A stretch of 64,000 nucleotides of DNA from an uncultured virus (IMG/VR IMGVR_UViG_3300010160_000028) (taxonomy: Duplodnaviria; Heunggongvirae; Uroviricota; Caudoviricetes). Below are positions 11,263 through 23,327 of the stretch, one piece after another. The notes below the pieces were generated by a model, which saw only the letters and a program-made list of their open reading frames with translations, was not told where the DNA came from and did not search any database. A program made the position numbers and the translations under genes. Location of the stretch: IMG/VR virus record IMGVR_UViG_3300010160_000028; one strand, given 5' to 3'. Position 1 is the first letter of the stretch; each line of letters begins with the position of its first letter.

Positions 11263-12966
11263 ATGTCAGGCGCAAATAATAGATTTAAGGTTGATAATGG
11301 TCTAGTTGCTTCTGGAAACGCTATCTTTTACGATCGCGTTGATATGCAAGCCAATGCTTTTTTCAATAACGACTTATTCGTTGTATCTGGCAATCTTACT
11401 GTCAACGGCACGCTTATTTTTGCAAACGTTGTAATCGGAAATGGTGGAGTAATTCCTATTTCTGATCAGCAACCGCTTGGTAATACATCAAATCGATTCA
11501 ATGCGTTTTTATATGATACTACTTCGTTTGGTACACTTCGCCCGAATGCAAACGGCGGTGCACTCGGTACGACAACCGAACGTTTTCAAGTATTTGCAAA
11601 TAACATTACCGTGACGAATACCGTGAACTTTCCGAGTGGAGCAGGTGTTAACTCGTCGCTCTATACTGGTACAGCAAGCAATGCGAACACCGTATATAAC
11701 ATCTCGGCGAATGGTATCGTAGTTCGAACTGGTACCGGCACAGGTACTACGGTTTCTATCGCGTCGGCAAATGGTATTAGTGTTACGAATGGTAACGGAG
11801 TTTCTGGAAATCCGACGATTGGATTTGTAGCGAATGCTGGTTTAACTGCAAATGCCGGCGGCGTATGGGTTGATGCATCTGCAATTACTGTCGGTACACT
11901 TTCCACCGCGCGCGGTGGTACAGGTGGATCGATCAATAATCTTCTTCCCGCACAATCGGCCGGCACGACCGGCTATGTTCTTTCTTCGAGCGGCGCGTCC
12001 GCAACATTATCATGGGCGGCACTTGCTGGACCACAAGGACCACAAGGTGCAACCGGTTCTACAGGAGCAACTGGATCGACGGGTGCTCAAGGTGCTCAGG
12101 GTCCTCAAGGCACCACTGGCGCAACTGGTGCACAAGGTGCGACTGGCGCAACTGGCGCTCAAGGTGCCACAGGCGCAACTGGCGCTCAAGGTGCTCAGGG
12201 TCCTCAAGGTACCACTGGCGCAACTGGTGCGCAAGGATCGACCGGCGCAACAGGTGCAACCGGATCGACTGGTTCTACGGGTGCACAGGGCCCGCAAGGC
12301 GCCACTGGTGCAACTGGAGCAGCATCAACTGTTGCTGGTCCTCAAGGACCGCAAGGAACTGCCGGTTCTACAGGTGCACAAGGCGCAACAGGTGCTCAAG
12401 GTGCAACCGGTGCAGCATCAACTGTTGCTGGTCCAACTGGACCACAAGGATCAACGGGACTTACTGGAGCACAAGGTCCGCAAGGTTCAACTGGTTCAAC
12501 CGGTGCGACTGGCGCAACTGGACCTGCCGGCCCAGTCGCAGGTTCAAGTACGACGGTTCAATTCAACGATGCCGGCTTTGCAAATGGATCAGCAAACTTT
12601 ACATTTACTAAATCGACTGGTTTAGTCTACGTCAATGGTAATGTACAAGCGGCCGACTTTGTGGTTGCATCTGATGATACACTCAAAAATGTAATTGGGA
12701 ATATACCAAATGCGCTTGATATTGTTAACAGTCTCGACGGTATTCGATACACTTGGAATGAACTCGGTCAACAGCTTCTCGGATACAAAGGTGATAAAGT
12801 TGAACTTGGGTTACTTGCTCAGCAAGTTGAAAAAGAATTGCCTGAACTGATTGCAATGAGCGATAATGGCGACTACAAGATGGTCGCATATGCAAGACTT
12901 GTTGCGGTTCTGATTGAAGCTGTCAAGGAGTTAAGCACTAAAGTTGATGCGCTGGAGAATCAATAA
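11263..12966 (+). CDS. Collagen-like tail fibre with C-terminal intramolecular chaperone (peptidase S74-like)
   Basis: Long Gly-X-Y tract; C-terminal 'SDDTLKN...I.NALDIV..LDG.RY.WN...[12 protein letters not shown]...[17 protein letters not shown]'. Confidence 0.85.
   Translation: MSGANNRFKVDNGLVASGNAIFYDRVDMQANAFFNNDLFVVSGNLTVNGTLIFANVVIGNGGVIPISDQQPLGNTSNRFNAFLYDTTSFGTLRPNANGGALGTTTERFQVFANNITVTNTVNFPSGAGVNSSLYTGTASNANTVYNISANGIVVRTGTGTGTTVSIASANGISVTNGNGVSGNPTIGFVANAGLTANAGGVWVDASAITVGTLSTARGGTGGSINNLLPAQSAGTTGYVLSSSGASATLSWAALAGPQGPQGATGSTGATGSTGAQGAQGPQGTTGATGAQGATGATGAQGATGATGAQGAQGPQGTTGATGAQGSTGATGATGSTGSTGAQGPQGATGATGAASTVAGPQGPQGTAGSTGAQGATGAQGATGAASTVAGPTGPQGSTGLTGAQGPQGSTGSTGATGATGPAGPVAGSSTTVQFNDAGFANGSANFTFTKSTGLVYVNGNVQAADFVVASDDTLKNVIGNIPNALDIVNSLDGIRYTWNELGQQLLGYKGDKVELGLLAQQVEKELPELIAMSDNGDYKMVAYARLVAVLIEAVKELSTKVDALENQ
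12028..12537 (+). repeat. Collagen-like Gly-X-Y tract ([12 protein letters not shown]) with two 'GAASTVAG' interruptions
   Basis: Direct translation. Confidence 0.9.
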
Positions 12967-13610
12967 TGGCTGTAACTATAGTCAATCCTGCGAGATTTAA
13001 TGATGACGGTTTAGGGACTAGAAGATTTATTCGGGCCGCTTTCTTCGATGAAGGTTATGGTGTATCTACTAGTTTCCTTGCCTATGCGCAAGGTGCAGGC
13101 ATTGTGCCCTCAACTGCAGATTTTAATGCAGTTGGCGCAGGTACAGCTGGTGATCCGTTACGGATGAGTCAGTTTAGTGGATTTGTTGTGCCGAAAAAAC
13201 CCTTTTTCACTACATCATTAACAGAAGGTTTTTTTAGTAGTAGTGCAACTAATTATAAAAGCGGATATGCGAGAGATACAAACTCAGGTTTTGCTCCTCT
13301 AGGATCAGTTAGTACTGCTACAATAAGTGGCTCGTCACAGTTTGTTGAGTTTGCTACAAGCGTAACACCATTTAAAAGTGGAACTTATACTCAAACATTG
13401 TTTGTAGTGACAGGGGATCAAAGAAGTGCTGGATGGACCTCAGTAACTTTGTACAGCTCATCTTTTGTTGAAACTTACTCTCTTGTATATAGTGCCGAAA
13501 GCGGGCTTTCGGCATCTTTTGCATCAGGAAAGACTACATGGTTATTGCTAGGCGGTGCTCCATCGTGGACAGGTGCGGGTGCAGTAAAAACATTTTCAAT
13601 TACAGCATAG
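12966..13610 (+). CDS. Hypothetical protein, possible fibre tip/adhesin
   Basis: 214 aa, coupled (TAATG) to the S74 fibre, S/T/G-rich beta character. Function inferred from position only. Confidence 0.5.
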   Translation: MAVTIVNPARFNDDGLGTRRFIRAAFFDEGYGVSTSFLAYAQGAGIVPSTADFNAVGAGTAGDPLRMSQFSGFVVPKKPFFTTSLTEGFFSSSATNYKSGYARDTNSGFAPLGSVSTATISGSSQFVEFATSVTPFKSGTYTQTLFVVTGDQRSAGWTSVTLYSSSFVETYSLVYSAESGLSASFASGKTTWLLLGGAPSWTGAGAVKTFSITA

Positions 13611-13618
13611 GATATTTT

Positions 13619-14146
13619 ATGATAACGTTAACAAAGTGTGTTTCTACTGATGTAACTGTAGAAGAGTTAGAAAGATTATACAGTGAAGCATATACACATA
13701 TATCCGAAGAACGTAAGCGAATGGGCGAAGAACAATTAAAAAATGCATTAGTCAATGATATAGATGGATATCCACTTATTAAGTATGAAGTAGATGAATA
13801 TTTAGTTGCAATTGCTAGTTATACAAGCATGATTTATGATGGTAAACAATACATGCTACATAGACACCCAATTTATGGTTGTGATATTAATGGATCAAAG
13901 GCCTGGTGGTACTCTGAAGAGTTTCAAGCTAAATTTAGTCAATATTTGGTTGATAATGATTATGCTGGTATAGTTACTGTAATTAATCCAAATTCGCCAG
14001 CCGCGAAAGCTGTAATTAGTCACTTTGGTTTTTTTGAAAAACATTTAAATAAACCTTATGTATTAGAAGATTTATCAGGAACAGGTATTACTCCGAGCGA
14101 TGAAACATTATCTGTTTTAATTATTGATGTAAATAATAACGTTTAA
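13619..14146 (+). CDS. Hypothetical protein, possibly GNAT-like fold
   Basis: ATG at 13619 follows the upstream stop; AT-rich. 'VTVINPNSPAAKAVISHFGF' loosely resembles GNAT motif B. Confidence 0.5.
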   Translation: MITLTKCVSTDVTVEELERLYSEAYTHISEERKRMGEEQLKNALVNDIDGYPLIKYEVDEYLVAIASYTSMIYDGKQYMLHRHPIYGCDINGSKAWWYSEEFQAKFSQYLVDNDYAGIVTVINPNSPAAKAVISHFGFFEKHLNKPYVLEDLSGTGITPSDETLSVLIIDVNNNV

Positions 14147-14157
14147 AGAGAGTACAA

Positions 14158-14487
14158 ATGGCACTGAAAGCAAACATAGTAATCGATCAGGGTACTTCAT
14201 TTTCTACATCGATTGATGTGACAGATGAAAATGGTAACATCGTAAATCTGACAGGATTTACAGGTGCCGCACAACTACGTAAGCATTATACTTCGACCGC
14301 TCAAACCGCATTTACAGTTTCGATTACCGCTGTGACTGGTGTCGTCGCTCTTTCGATGTCAGCAAATACCACAAATGGTATTACTGCCGGAAGATACGTA
14401 TATGACTGTGAGTTGACTGATGGTAGCGGAACAGTTTCTCGTCTTGTTGAAGGCATCGTCACAGTGACACCAGGAGTGACAAGATAA
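14158..14487 (+). CDS. Small virion structural protein of T4-like phages
   Basis: 'ANIVIDQGTSF...NLTGFTGAAQLRKHY...GRYVYD.E...RLVEGIVTVTPGVTR' is a recognisable recurring phage structural protein. Confidence 0.75.
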   Translation: MALKANIVIDQGTSFSTSIDVTDENGNIVNLTGFTGAAQLRKHYTSTAQTAFTVSITAVTGVVALSMSANTTNGITAGRYVYDCELTDGSGTVSRLVEGIVTVTPGVTR

Positions 14488-14753
14488 TGTCAATTCAAGG
14501 TCAAATTAGATCTTCGGCTACAACAATAAGGGCTAATGTTACTAATAATGGCGGAAGTCTTTCTGCACAATCACCTATTACTCTCAAGAATCAAATACAA
14601 GAAATACGAAGCATTGAAAATATACTTGACGTGAAAACAGTTGATGTCACGAATGGAGCTACATTAATCTATAATTCTCAAAATGATAAATATGAGGTGA
14701 GACAACTGTCATTCGCAGATCTAGCAGTAGATCTCGACGGCGGATCATTTTAA
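14487..14753 (+). CDS. Small structural/fibre-associated protein ending in LDGGSF
   Basis: 'DV...DVTNGATLIYN' repeat and DGGxF terminus typical of fibre connector proteins. Confidence 0.65.
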   Translation: MSIQGQIRSSATTIRANVTNNGGSLSAQSPITLKNQIQEIRSIENILDVKTVDVTNGATLIYNSQNDKYEVRQLSFADLAVDLDGGSF

Positions 14754-14770
14754 AGGAAAAGGAATAAAAC

Positions 14771-16516
14771 ATGGCCGTAGAGACCGGTAACTTAATTCAA
14801 ATTAAAAGGTCGTTAACGACAGCTGATGCACCAGTATTAGCTAACGGTGAATTAGCATTTACAGCCAATGGAGATCACCTCTTTATTGGTTCGAATGGCG
14901 CTTCTATCACCATTGCCGGTAAGTTTAATCCTGGTACACTGACCGCCAACCAAGCACTTGTTGCTAACGGCACTGGTTATATCGATGCTGTAAAAACTGC
15001 AAATCTTACTGTTCGCTCGATCACAGCAAACGGTACATCTTCACCCGGTGCTGGCTATATGCTTGCAGTTGATGCTGGAGGTAATACTTTCTGGCAAGCG
15101 GCTGGCGCAGTATCTACCAACGTAAATTCAACTTACGCTTGGACAAACACACATAGCTTTGCTAACGTTGTCACATTCAATGGTGGCATTGTTGCGAACA
15201 GCTCGCTGACAGCGAATGGTACGACTGGTACTGCAGGACAAGTTCTTGCATCGAACGGTACAGCTGTATACTGGTTAACACCACAAGTTGGAGACATTAC
15301 TGCTGTTGCTGCTGGCGATGGTCTTACAGGAGGTGGTACATCTGGTGATGTTACACTAAATGTTGGTGCTGCTAACGGTATTGGTGTTTCTGCAGACGCA
15401 ATTATTGTTTTAGCAGCTAACGGTATCTCGGTTGACTCTTCGGGTGTTAACGTTCTTGCTGGCGCAAATGGCGGTATTGTTGCAAATGCGACTGGTGTAC
15501 ACGTTCGAGCCGGTGCTACTCTTGTAAGTAACTCTACTGGTCTGCATGTTAATACAGCTAACCTTTCGATTGCTACATCTCAATTAACTGGTGATGTTGC
15601 TCTTGGTTCAGGTACATCAGGTAACTATGTTGCGACTATTACAGCCGGTAACGGTATTTCTGGATCATCTTCTTCAGAAGGTGGAGCAGCAACAATTGCT
15701 GTCGTAGCAAATAACGGTATCGTATCGAACACTTCGGGCGTCTTTGCTGCGGCTGCGAATGGTATTTCTGTTGATGCAGCAGGTATCAATGTAGTAGGCG
15801 GTTCAGGTCTTGTAGCTAACTCGACAGGTGTTCATGTTGGTGCTGCTAACGGCATTAACGTTACTGCAGATGCAGTTGGCCTTACAACTGGTTCAACACT
15901 CACCGTGAACTCGGCTGGACTACACGTTAACTCTGCACTCTCGATTACAGATCTTTCTCTTTCAGGAAATCTGACCGTTCTCGGTACACTTTCAACAATC
16001 GATACTACCAACCTGACAGTCCAAGATTCGCTGATCGAGCTTGCAAACGGAAACGCAACAACCGACATTCTTGATATCGGTCTTTATGGTCAGTTCGGCT
16101 CAAGTGGATCTAAATTTACTGGTCTTTTCCGCGATGCTACAGACGGAATCTATAAGCTCTTTACTGGATTAACAGTCGAGCCAACCACGACTGTTGATAC
16201 ATCAAACGCTAGCTTTACGACTGCTACATTACAGGCATTCCTGACTTCAGGCGGTTTGGTTTCGAATGCGACTAACGTTACTCTTACTGCGAACTCGACA
16301 CTCGCGGTTGGTATCACTGCGAATACATTGAGTCTTTCGACTCCTCTTGGTGTTGCTTCTGGTGGTCTTGGTCTATCAACTATCACAGCTGGTGCAATCC
16401 TTGTAGGTAACGGCGCTGGAGCAGCTACTATTCTTGTAGCTAATACAAATGGTAAGGTTCTGCAATCAAACGGAACATCGGTAGTATACGGATATCTTGA
16501 CGGAGGCACGTTCTAA
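14771..16516 (+). CDS. Tail fibre protein (ends in LDGGTF)
   Basis: N-terminal 'IQIKRS....P.LANGELAF' fibre-attachment motif, repeated 'ANGI.V...GV.V' beta units and DGGTF terminus. Confidence 0.75.
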   Translation: MAVETGNLIQIKRSLTTADAPVLANGELAFTANGDHLFIGSNGASITIAGKFNPGTLTANQALVANGTGYIDAVKTANLTVRSITANGTSSPGAGYMLAVDAGGNTFWQAAGAVSTNVNSTYAWTNTHSFANVVTFNGGIVANSSLTANGTTGTAGQVLASNGTAVYWLTPQVGDITAVAAGDGLTGGGTSGDVTLNVGAANGIGVSADAIIVLAANGISVDSSGVNVLAGANGGIVANATGVHVRAGATLVSNSTGLHVNTANLSIATSQLTGDVALGSGTSGNYVATITAGNGISGSSSSEGGAATIAVVANNGIVSNTSGVFAAAANGISVDAAGINVVGGSGLVANSTGVHVGAANGINVTADAVGLTTGSTLTVNSAGLHVNSALSITDLSLSGNLTVLGTLSTIDTTNLTVQDSLIELANGNATTDILDIGLYGQFGSSGSKFTGLFRDATDGIYKLFTGLTVEPTTTVDTSNASFTTATLQAFLTSGGLVSNATNVTLTANSTLAVGITANTLSLSTPLGVASGGLGLSTITAGAILVGNGAGAATILVANTNGKVLQSNGTSVVYGYLDGGTF

Positions 16517-16519
16517 TTT

Positions 16520-16711
16520 ATGGAAGCTGAATTTGTAAATGAGTATATCAATCGATTACTCGCGAGTGTACATGATCTTACAAGTAAGAACGTAATGCTA
16601 GAAACGAAACTGGTCATGGCTGATAAAGCCATGACCAGTCTTCAAGCAAAAATTGTTGATCTTGAAAAACTTGGAAATAAAAACAAAAAAGCTGAAGATA
16701 CTTCTGTATAA
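16520..16711 (+). CDS. Small coiled-coil hypothetical protein
   Basis: 63 aa with a heptad pattern; its stop codon overlaps a late promoter. Confidence 0.65.
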   Translation: MEAEFVNEYINRLLASVHDLTSKNVMLETKLVMADKAMTSLQAKIVDLEKLGNKNKKAEDTSV

Positions 16712-16714
16712 ATA
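16707..16714 (+). promoter_or_regulatory. T4-type late promoter TATAAATA
   Basis: Exact gp55 consensus about 50 nt upstream of the long fibre gene. Confidence 0.75.
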
Positions 16715-16764
16715 GAATATTAGGGGTTACATAACCGCTTCGTTGCTCTATATAGAGGTTGAGA

Positions 16765-19700
16765 ATGGCAAATAAGTTTCAATTCAAGCGCACGACAATT
16801 TCTGGTCGTACAGCTAATACTACTGACGTAGCAAATTCCGGCTTTATTGATAACGGCGAATTTGCAGTTAACTTAACTGATCGTAAAGTCTTCTCTTCAG
16901 ATGCTGCCAATGCCATCTTCGAAGTCGGTTCAAATCTCTCTTCTCTTGCTGTTACTACGGTTGTCGCCAACGGATCTTCTGGATTAGGCGGACAAGTTCT
17001 TTCATCGAATGGAACCGCAGTTTATTGGGGTCCAGGTGGTACAGCAAATGCTGCTACCATGAATACCTATACGTTTACTGTGGCATCGAATACTACGGTG
17101 TTTACAGGTTTAGACGATACCTCAAATACATTCATATATACTGCCGGACTTGAAAGCGTCTTTATTAATGGCTCTCGTCAGATTGCGGGTGTTGACTATA
17201 ACACAACAAATACTACCGTTCTCACACTTACAGCGAATGCGATTGCCGGTGATATTGTTCAAGTTACAACTTTAAATGGTGCTTCACTTACTCTCGGTTC
17301 TCAAGGTGCCCAAGGAGCAACCGGCGCTCAAGGTGCTACTGGTGCTCAAGGCGCACAGGGTGCCCAAGGTGCACAAGGAGCCACTGGTGCAGCTTCATCG
17401 GTTGCCGGTCCACAAGGTTCTACTGGAGCTCAAGGTGCTCAAGGTGCTACTGGCGCTCAAGGTGCTCAAGGTGCGGCTGGAGCTCAAGGTACAACTGGTT
17501 CTACAGGTGCTCAAGGTGCTCAAGGTGACACTGGCGCTCAAGGTGCTCAAGGATTACAAGGTGCACAAGGAGTTACCGGAGCACAAGGTGCTCAAGGTGC
17601 TACTGGCGCTCAAGGTGCTCAAGGTGCAGCTGCTGTTGTAGGTGGATCAAATACACAGATACAATTTAATGATTCTACCAGTTCCAATGGATCTGCAGGA
17701 TTCACGTTTAACAAAATAAGTAATAATGTTACAATCGCTAATAATATATCTGCTACCTCTGGTACATTTGCTGGAGCAGTCTCTGGTATCACTACACTCG
17801 ATGCTGGCAATACTACGATCACGGGTGTTACTAGATTATCCTCTCCTACCATTAGTGCTCCATACTGGGGAGCAAATGGTATCAATTTAATTCAAAGTGC
17901 TGCAACCTTCATAGATAACACTACACCAGGCAATAACGGATCGGTGTATATAAATCGTTTTGCATCTCAAACTTATAACGCAACGGTATCGACGGCGCAA
18001 ATTCTATCAATCTATGGCACTTATTTTGAAGCGCCAATTTTGGGTGCTAATGTAATTACTGGTGGTGGTGGTGCACTTTATGGTAAGTTTGCATTGGGTG
18101 CGGAGGGAATCTACTCCAATGGCTCTATCTCCGTTCAAGGAGTATTAACCGCAAACAGTCCTGGTAATAATGACATTGTGGCTGTTGCATCAACAAATAT
18201 TAGTGGCGCAAATGTGAATATTGGTGGCGTAACAACTATTACTGGCGCACCAACTACTGGGCTTGTGGTAACTGTCGGCACTGCCAGCTTTACAGTAACC
18301 CCAAGTACCACTGGCACAATCACGATGGGGAACGCCACTGGTAGTGGTGATATTACTGTTGGACGGTCCACTAGAAATCAGACAGTCCAAATTGCTTCTG
18401 CCGCTACTACTTCCGGCAACACCAAGACTATCAATCTTGGCACAGGTGGTGCTGCAGGCTCAACAACCAATGTCAATATCGGTTCGACACTTTCTAATAC
18501 ATTTGTTACGATCAATGCTAATACCGTAACTTATACTGGAGCAGCATCTGGCATCACAACACTTGCTGCGGGTAATACTACGATCACCGGTGATATCACT
18601 GTTTCTGGTAATCTAACCATCAACGGAACAACAACGAATATAAATTCTACAAATCTTGTTGTAGAAGATAAAAACATTATACTTGCCGATGTTACTACTC
18701 CAACCGAGGTGACTGCGGATGGCGGTGGTATTACTCTGAAAGGTGCCACCGATAAGACATTTAACTGGGTAAATGCTACTACGAGTTGGACCTCTTCAGA
18801 AAATTTAGATCTTGCATCGGGCAAAACTTATAGGATCAATGGCACTACTATTGCTAACTCCACAGCTTTAGGTACTGGAATTCTTGCATCTTCTTTAACC
18901 TCGGTAGGCACTTTAAGTTCTCTTACACTCGGCGGTGCTGTAACAGGTGTCACAACACTTGCCGCTGGCAATACTACGATTACTGGCTTTGCGAACGTAA
19001 CATCAACGCTTGCCGTCGCTGGAATTACTACATTCTCAGGCAACGTAATTCTTGGCTCGTCCGGTCTTTCTGCAAATGGAGGATTTGGTTCTGCAGGACA
19101 CGTTCTTTCATCGAATGGTACCGCTGCATATTGGACGACTGCTGCTGCCACGGGTGTTACTAGCGTTGCGACCGCAAATGGACTTTCAGGTGGACCGATT
19201 ACATCTACCGGCACAATTGGTGTTACAACAGGTCCGACGCTGACAGTCAATACGACTGGCATTCATGTCAACTCAGCATTATCAATCTCCGATCTTACAC
19301 TCTCTGGCAATCTCACAGTATCTGGCACAAGAACATATGTGAACACAACGACACTTGATGTCGGTGATAATATCGTCACTCTGAATGCAGATCTTGGAGC
19401 TAATCCTCCTACTGAGAATGCCGGAATTGAAGTTATGCGCGGCACTTCCGCCAACGTTCAATTCCTTTGGGATGAAACAAACGATCGATGGTCAACTAAT
19501 GACCAACCACTTGCAACCTTATCATTGACAGTTGGTAACTCTTCTATTAGCTCTACTGTCAACGGTAGTAACTTTAGCGGTACTGCAAACAACTCGACGA
19601 ATTTTGGTGGATCTTCGCTTGCAACTGTTCAAGGCCAAATTACAGGAAATGCGGCGACTGCTTACACGAATGCTGTATCATATACCGATACGAAGATTGG

Positions 19701-22494
19701 AACAGCAAATACTGCCATTACAGGAAATGCTGCTACGGCATATACTAACGCAGTATCTTATACTGATACTAAAATCGGAACTGCCAATACCGCAATGGTT
19801 GCAAATGCCGGAGCAGCCTATACAAATGCCATTGCAATTGCAGCGAATGCCAGCAATCTGACATCGGGTACGGTAGCATTTGCTCGACTTCCTACTGTCG
19901 ACGCTGTCAATAATACTTCAATTACATTAGTTCCAGTCGCTAACAATGTCAAAACAGCATACGATGCGGCTATCACCGCCAATACAAATGCCAATACTGC
20001 ATTAACCGCTGCAGGTGCTGCTTATACGAATGCCGTATCATACACAGATGGTAAAATTCTAACATCGAATAGTGCTATTACAGGAAATGCTGCGACTGCT
20101 TATACGAATGCTGTGAGTTACACCGATACGAAGATCGGAACTGCTAACACTGCAATGGTAGCGAATGCTGGAGCAGCGTATACGAATGCGACTATCTTTG
20201 CAGCGAATGCTTCGAATGCAAACAGCGGCACATTAGCTGAAGCTCGTCTTCCGCACAGGATGAATCAAGACGTTCGAACTAGTGATTCTCCAACTTTCGT
20301 AAATATGACGCTATCCGGAAATCTTACAGTTTCTGGTACAAGAACATATGTCAACACCACAACGCTCGATGTTGGTGATAATATTATCACTCTGAATGCA
20401 GATCTTGGAGCTAATCCTCCTACAGAAAATGCTGGTCTCGAGATCATGCGCGGTACTTCTGCAAATGTTCAGTTTCTTTGGGATGAAACTAACGATCGTT
20501 GGTCGACTAATGACCAGCCACTCGCAACCTCATCTCTCGTAGCAAATGGTGCCGCTTCTGGTATCACGACACTTGCTGCTGGTAATACAACGATTACAGG
20601 TTTTGCTAACGTATCATCTACTCTTGCCGTAGCAGGCATCTCTACATTCTCTGGCAACGTAGTTTTAGGCTCTGTAGGTCTTTCAGCTAACGGTGGCTTT
20701 GGTACAGCAGGTCAAGTTCTAGCATCAAATGGAACAGCTGCATATTGGTCTTCAGCTGTGGGTCCTCAAGGAGCTCAAGGTGCCCAGGGCGCAACTGGTG
20801 CTCAAGGTGCTCAAGGAACTACTGGTGCTCAAGGTGCTACAGGTGCTCAAGGAACTACTGGTGCTCAAGGTACAGCTGGTACTACTGGTGCACAGGGTGC
20901 AACTGGCGCACAAGGCGCGCAGGGACTTCAAGGCGCACAAGGCTCCACTGGAGCCCAAGGCGCTCAAGGTGCAACTGGTGCTCAAGGTGTAGCTTCAAAT
21001 TCTGCTACGATGAATACCTATACGTTTACTGCAACATCGAATACTACAATTATTACCGGAGCAGACGATACAGCGAACACTCTAGTATACACCATTGGAC
21101 TTGAAAGCGTTTTTATCAATGGTTCTCGGCAGATTTCGGGAATAGATTATAATACAACGAATACTACAGTCATTACGCTTACAGCGAATGTTGTGAGTGC
21201 AGATGTTGTTCAAGTCACAACTTTAAGCGGTGGTGCTCTCGTTTCCGGAGCTCAAGGTGCAACTGGTGCACAAGGTGCTACTGGAGCTCAAGGTGCACAA
21301 GGAGCTACCGGCGGAGGCGTAACTTCTGTCGCGACAGCCAATGGTCTTTCTGGTGGAACGATTACAACTAGTGGCACAATCGGAGTAACTGCTGGGCCAA
21401 CACTCACAGTCAATACCACTGGTATTCACGTGAACTCCGCATTATCAATTACCGATCTTACTCTATCTGGCAACCTGACAGTTTCTGGTACAAGAACTTA
21501 TGTGAACACTACAACGCTCGATGTTGGCGATAATATTGTTACATTGAATGCAGATCTCGGCGCTAATCCACCCACCGAAAACGCTGGTCTCGAAATCATG
21601 CGTGGCACTTCCGCAAATGTTCAGTTTATGTGGGATGAAACTAATGATCGTTGGTCAACAAACTCTCAACCACTCGCCGTTTCATCTCTCGTAGCTGCCG
21701 GAGCGGCATCAGGTATTACAACACTCGCTGCCGGTAACACTACGATTACCGGCTTTGCCAACGTAACCACAACTATCCAAGGGGGTTCGTCACTAACTAT
21801 CGCCGGTGCTGCATCTGGAATTACGACTCTTGCTGCCGGCAATACCACAATTACTGGTTTTATTAATGCTACTTCTACTGGAACATTCGCTTCAACTTTA
21901 CAAGTCGGTAATAATTCCGGTGGGGTGGATGCAACATTGCATATCAAGTCAGTCCAAGGTGGCAACGGTAGATTCTTGCAATTCTCTCCACAGGCTAACT
22001 CAGTTAATGCTCTAGCACTGATGGCATCAAGTAACTCGACAGGTGGTGAACAGTGGTGGTCGATTGGTTCTCAGACTGATGATACTTTTAAAATCCAAAA
22101 GGGCGTAGGCTTTGGCGGCGCTGGCCTCTCAATTTCGAATACTGGCGGCATTGTGTCGTCCGATGTCGCTGACGCAGTTGGCTACAAAGGACTGCCGCAA
22201 AACGCCAAGACTGCAGCTTATGGGTTAATATTGACTGACATGGGTAAAATGATCAATACCACGACAGGCGGCGTAGTAATTCCAGCAAACGCCAACGTGG
22301 CGTTCCCACTTGGATCGACGATCGTTATCTATAATAACAGCGCATCCAGTCAGACGATCAGCATCACGACTGACACCATTTATCTTGCTGGCACAGCCAC
22401 CACTGGTTCACGCACATTGGCCCAACGCGGCCTTGCGACTTGCGTAAAGGTTGCTAGTACGACTTGGGTCGTTTCCGGAGCAGGAGTTACTTAA
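16765..22494 (+). CDS. Long modular tail fibre (about 1909 aa) with three collagen tracts
   Basis: ATG at 16765 ([10 protein letters not shown]); fibre N-terminal motif 'QFKR...GEFAVN..D.K.F'; collagen tracts near 17296-17631, 20761-20995 and 21247-21312; internally duplicated modules. Confidence 0.85.
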   Translation: MANKFQFKRTTISGRTANTTDVANSGFIDNGEFAVNLTDRKVFSSDAANAIFEVGSNLSSLAVTTVVANGSSGLGGQVLSSNGTAVYWGPGGTANAATMNTYTFTVASNTTVFTGLDDTSNTFIYTAGLESVFINGSRQIAGVDYNTTNTTVLTLTANAIAGDIVQVTTLNGASLTLGSQGAQGATGAQGATGAQGAQGAQGAQGATGAASSVAGPQGSTGAQGAQGATGAQGAQGAAGAQGTTGSTGAQGAQGDTGAQGAQGLQGAQGVTGAQGAQGATGAQGAQGAAAVVGGSNTQIQFNDSTSSNGSAGFTFNKISNNVTIANNISATSGTFAGAVSGITTLDAGNTTITGVTRLSSPTISAPYWGANGINLIQSAATFIDNTTPGNNGSVYINRFASQTYNATVSTAQILSIYGTYFEAPILGANVITGGGGALYGKFALGAEGIYSNGSISVQGVLTANSPGNNDIVAVASTNISGANVNIGGVTTITGAPTTGLVVTVGTASFTVTPSTTGTITMGNATGSGDITVGRSTRNQTVQIASAATTSGNTKTINLGTGGAAGSTTNVNIGSTLSNTFVTINANTVTYTGAASGITTLAAGNTTITGDITVSGNLTINGTTTNINSTNLVVEDKNIILADVTTPTEVTADGGGITLKGATDKTFNWVNATTSWTSSENLDLASGKTYRINGTTIANSTALGTGILASSLTSVGTLSSLTLGGAVTGVTTLAAGNTTITGFANVTSTLAVAGITTFSGNVILGSSGLSANGGFGSAGHVLSSNGTAAYWTTAAATGVTSVATANGLSGGPITSTGTIGVTTGPTLTVNTTGIHVNSALSISDLTLSGNLTVSGTRTYVNTTTLDVGDNIVTLNADLGANPPTENAGIEVMRGTSANVQFLWDETNDRWSTNDQPLATLSLTVGNSSISSTVNGSNFSGTANNSTNFGGSSLATVQGQITGNAATAYTNAVSYTDTKIGTANTAITGNAATAYTNAVSYTDTKIGTANTAMVANAGAAYTNAIAIAANASNLTSGTVAFARLPTVDAVNNTSITLVPVANNVKTAYDAAITANTNANTALTAAGAAYTNAVSYTDGKILTSNSAITGNAATAYTNAVSYTDTKIGTANTAMVANAGAAYTNATIFAANASNANSGTLAEARLPHRMNQDVRTSDSPTFVNMTLSGNLTVSGTRTYVNTTTLDVGDNIITLNADLGANPPTENAGLEIMRGTSANVQFLWDETNDRWSTNDQPLATSSLVANGAASGITTLAAGNTTITGFANVSSTLAVAGISTFSGNVVLGSVGLSANGGFGTAGQVLASNGTAAYWSSAVGPQGAQGAQGATGAQGAQGTTGAQGATGAQGTTGAQGTAGTTGAQGATGAQGAQGLQGAQGSTGAQGAQGATGAQGVASNSATMNTYTFTATSNTTIITGADDTANTLVYTIGLESVFINGSRQISGIDYNTTNTTVITLTANVVSADVVQVTTLSGGALVSGAQGATGAQGATGAQGAQGATGGGVTSVATANGLSGGTITTSGTIGVTAGPTLTVNTTGIHVNSALSITDLTLSGNLTVSGTRTYVNTTTLDVGDNIVTLNADLGANPPTENAGLEIMRGTSANVQFMWDETNDRWSTNSQPLAVSSLVAAGAASGITTLAAGNTTITGFANVTTTIQGGSSLTIAGAASGITTLAAGNTTITGFINATSTGTFASTLQVGNNSGGVDATLHIKSVQGGNGRFLQFSPQANSVNALALMASSNSTGGEQWWSIGSQTDDTFKIQKGVGFGGAGLSISNTGGIVSSDVADAVGYKGLPQNAKTAAYGLILTDMGKMINTTTGGVVIPANANVAFPLGSTIVIYNNSASSQTISITTDTIYLAGTATTGSRTLAQRGLATCVKVASTTWVVSGAGVT

Positions 22495-23327
22495 TGACTG
22501 GTATCTTTGCTGGATTGTTGGGTGTAGGCGTTAGCGTAGTAACTGGCCAAGATGCCTACACCACTGCGGGTACATATACATGGGTTAAGCCAGCCGGGGT
22601 TACTAGCGTATCCATTGTTGCCGTTGGTTCCGGTAGACCCGGAGCAGCTAGTTTTTACGTTGGTGAGATCGGCGTGTGCTGGTGTGGCTTTGGCGGCGGT
22701 GGTGGCGGTGGAGGTGCGCTGGCCTACCTCAATAACTATGATGTTTCAGCCCGATCCTCGTTGCAGATTGTAATCACCTCTGGTGGTAGCAGTACTGTTA
22801 ACGACTGCGCGGCCGCGCATATATTTACGGCAGGGCTAGGCGGAGTGGGCAGCGGTAGTACTGGTGGCGATGGGGGCACTGCCACAGGTACATTTACGGC
22901 ATCTTATGCTGGTGGTAAGGGTGGTATTGGCGGATATACTGCGTGTGGCTATAATAATAACAACGGCGGTGGTGGTGGTGCTGGCGGCTATGCTGGCGTT
23001 GGTGGCTTTGGTGGCGGTCGAACCCCCCCACCAAACGGCTGTACTAATACCCCCAGTGTTGCTGGCTCTGGCGGCGGCGGCGGCGGCGGGGGCAATCCCT
23101 ATAACGTAGGTGGTGGCGGCGTAGGCATACTTGGGCAAGGAACAAACGGCGCTGCTAACGGCGGTGGTGGGTCTGGCGGCGCTTCTGCAAATGTCAGAAA
23201 TGGGGGAGCATACGGCGGTGGCGGCGCTGGTTGCAATGCAGTCTATGTTGCCTCAGGAGGCGCAGTTCGCATTATCTACCCTGGTACAACACGTTCCTTC
23301 CCATCGACTAATACAGGGGACCTATAA
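22494..23327 (+). CDS. Glycine-rich putative adhesin/fibre-tip protein
   Basis: TAATG coupling to the fibre; 'YTTAGTYTWVKPAGVTSVSIVAVG', poly-Gly loops and 'GGAVRIIY' terminus of the phage glycine-rich domain family. Confidence 0.7.
   Translation: MTGIFAGLLGVGVSVVTGQDAYTTAGTYTWVKPAGVTSVSIVAVGSGRPGAASFYVGEIGVCWCGFGGGGGGGGALAYLNNYDVSARSSLQIVITSGGSSTVNDCAAAHIFTAGLGGVGSGSTGGDGGTATGTFTASYAGGKGGIGGYTACGYNNNNGGGGGAGGYAGVGGFGGGRTPPPNGCTNTPSVAGSGGGGGGGGNPYNVGGGGVGILGQGTNGAANGGGGSGGASANVRNGGAYGGGGAGCNAVYVASGGAVRIIYPGTTRSFPSTNTGDL

Noticed and set aside
11852..12625. Long alternative-frame and antisense ORFs over the collagen tract (similar ones at 17276, 20729-21104 and 28242-28775)
   Set aside because: Shadow ORFs caused by repetitive, stop-poor codons; no RBS or protein-like features.
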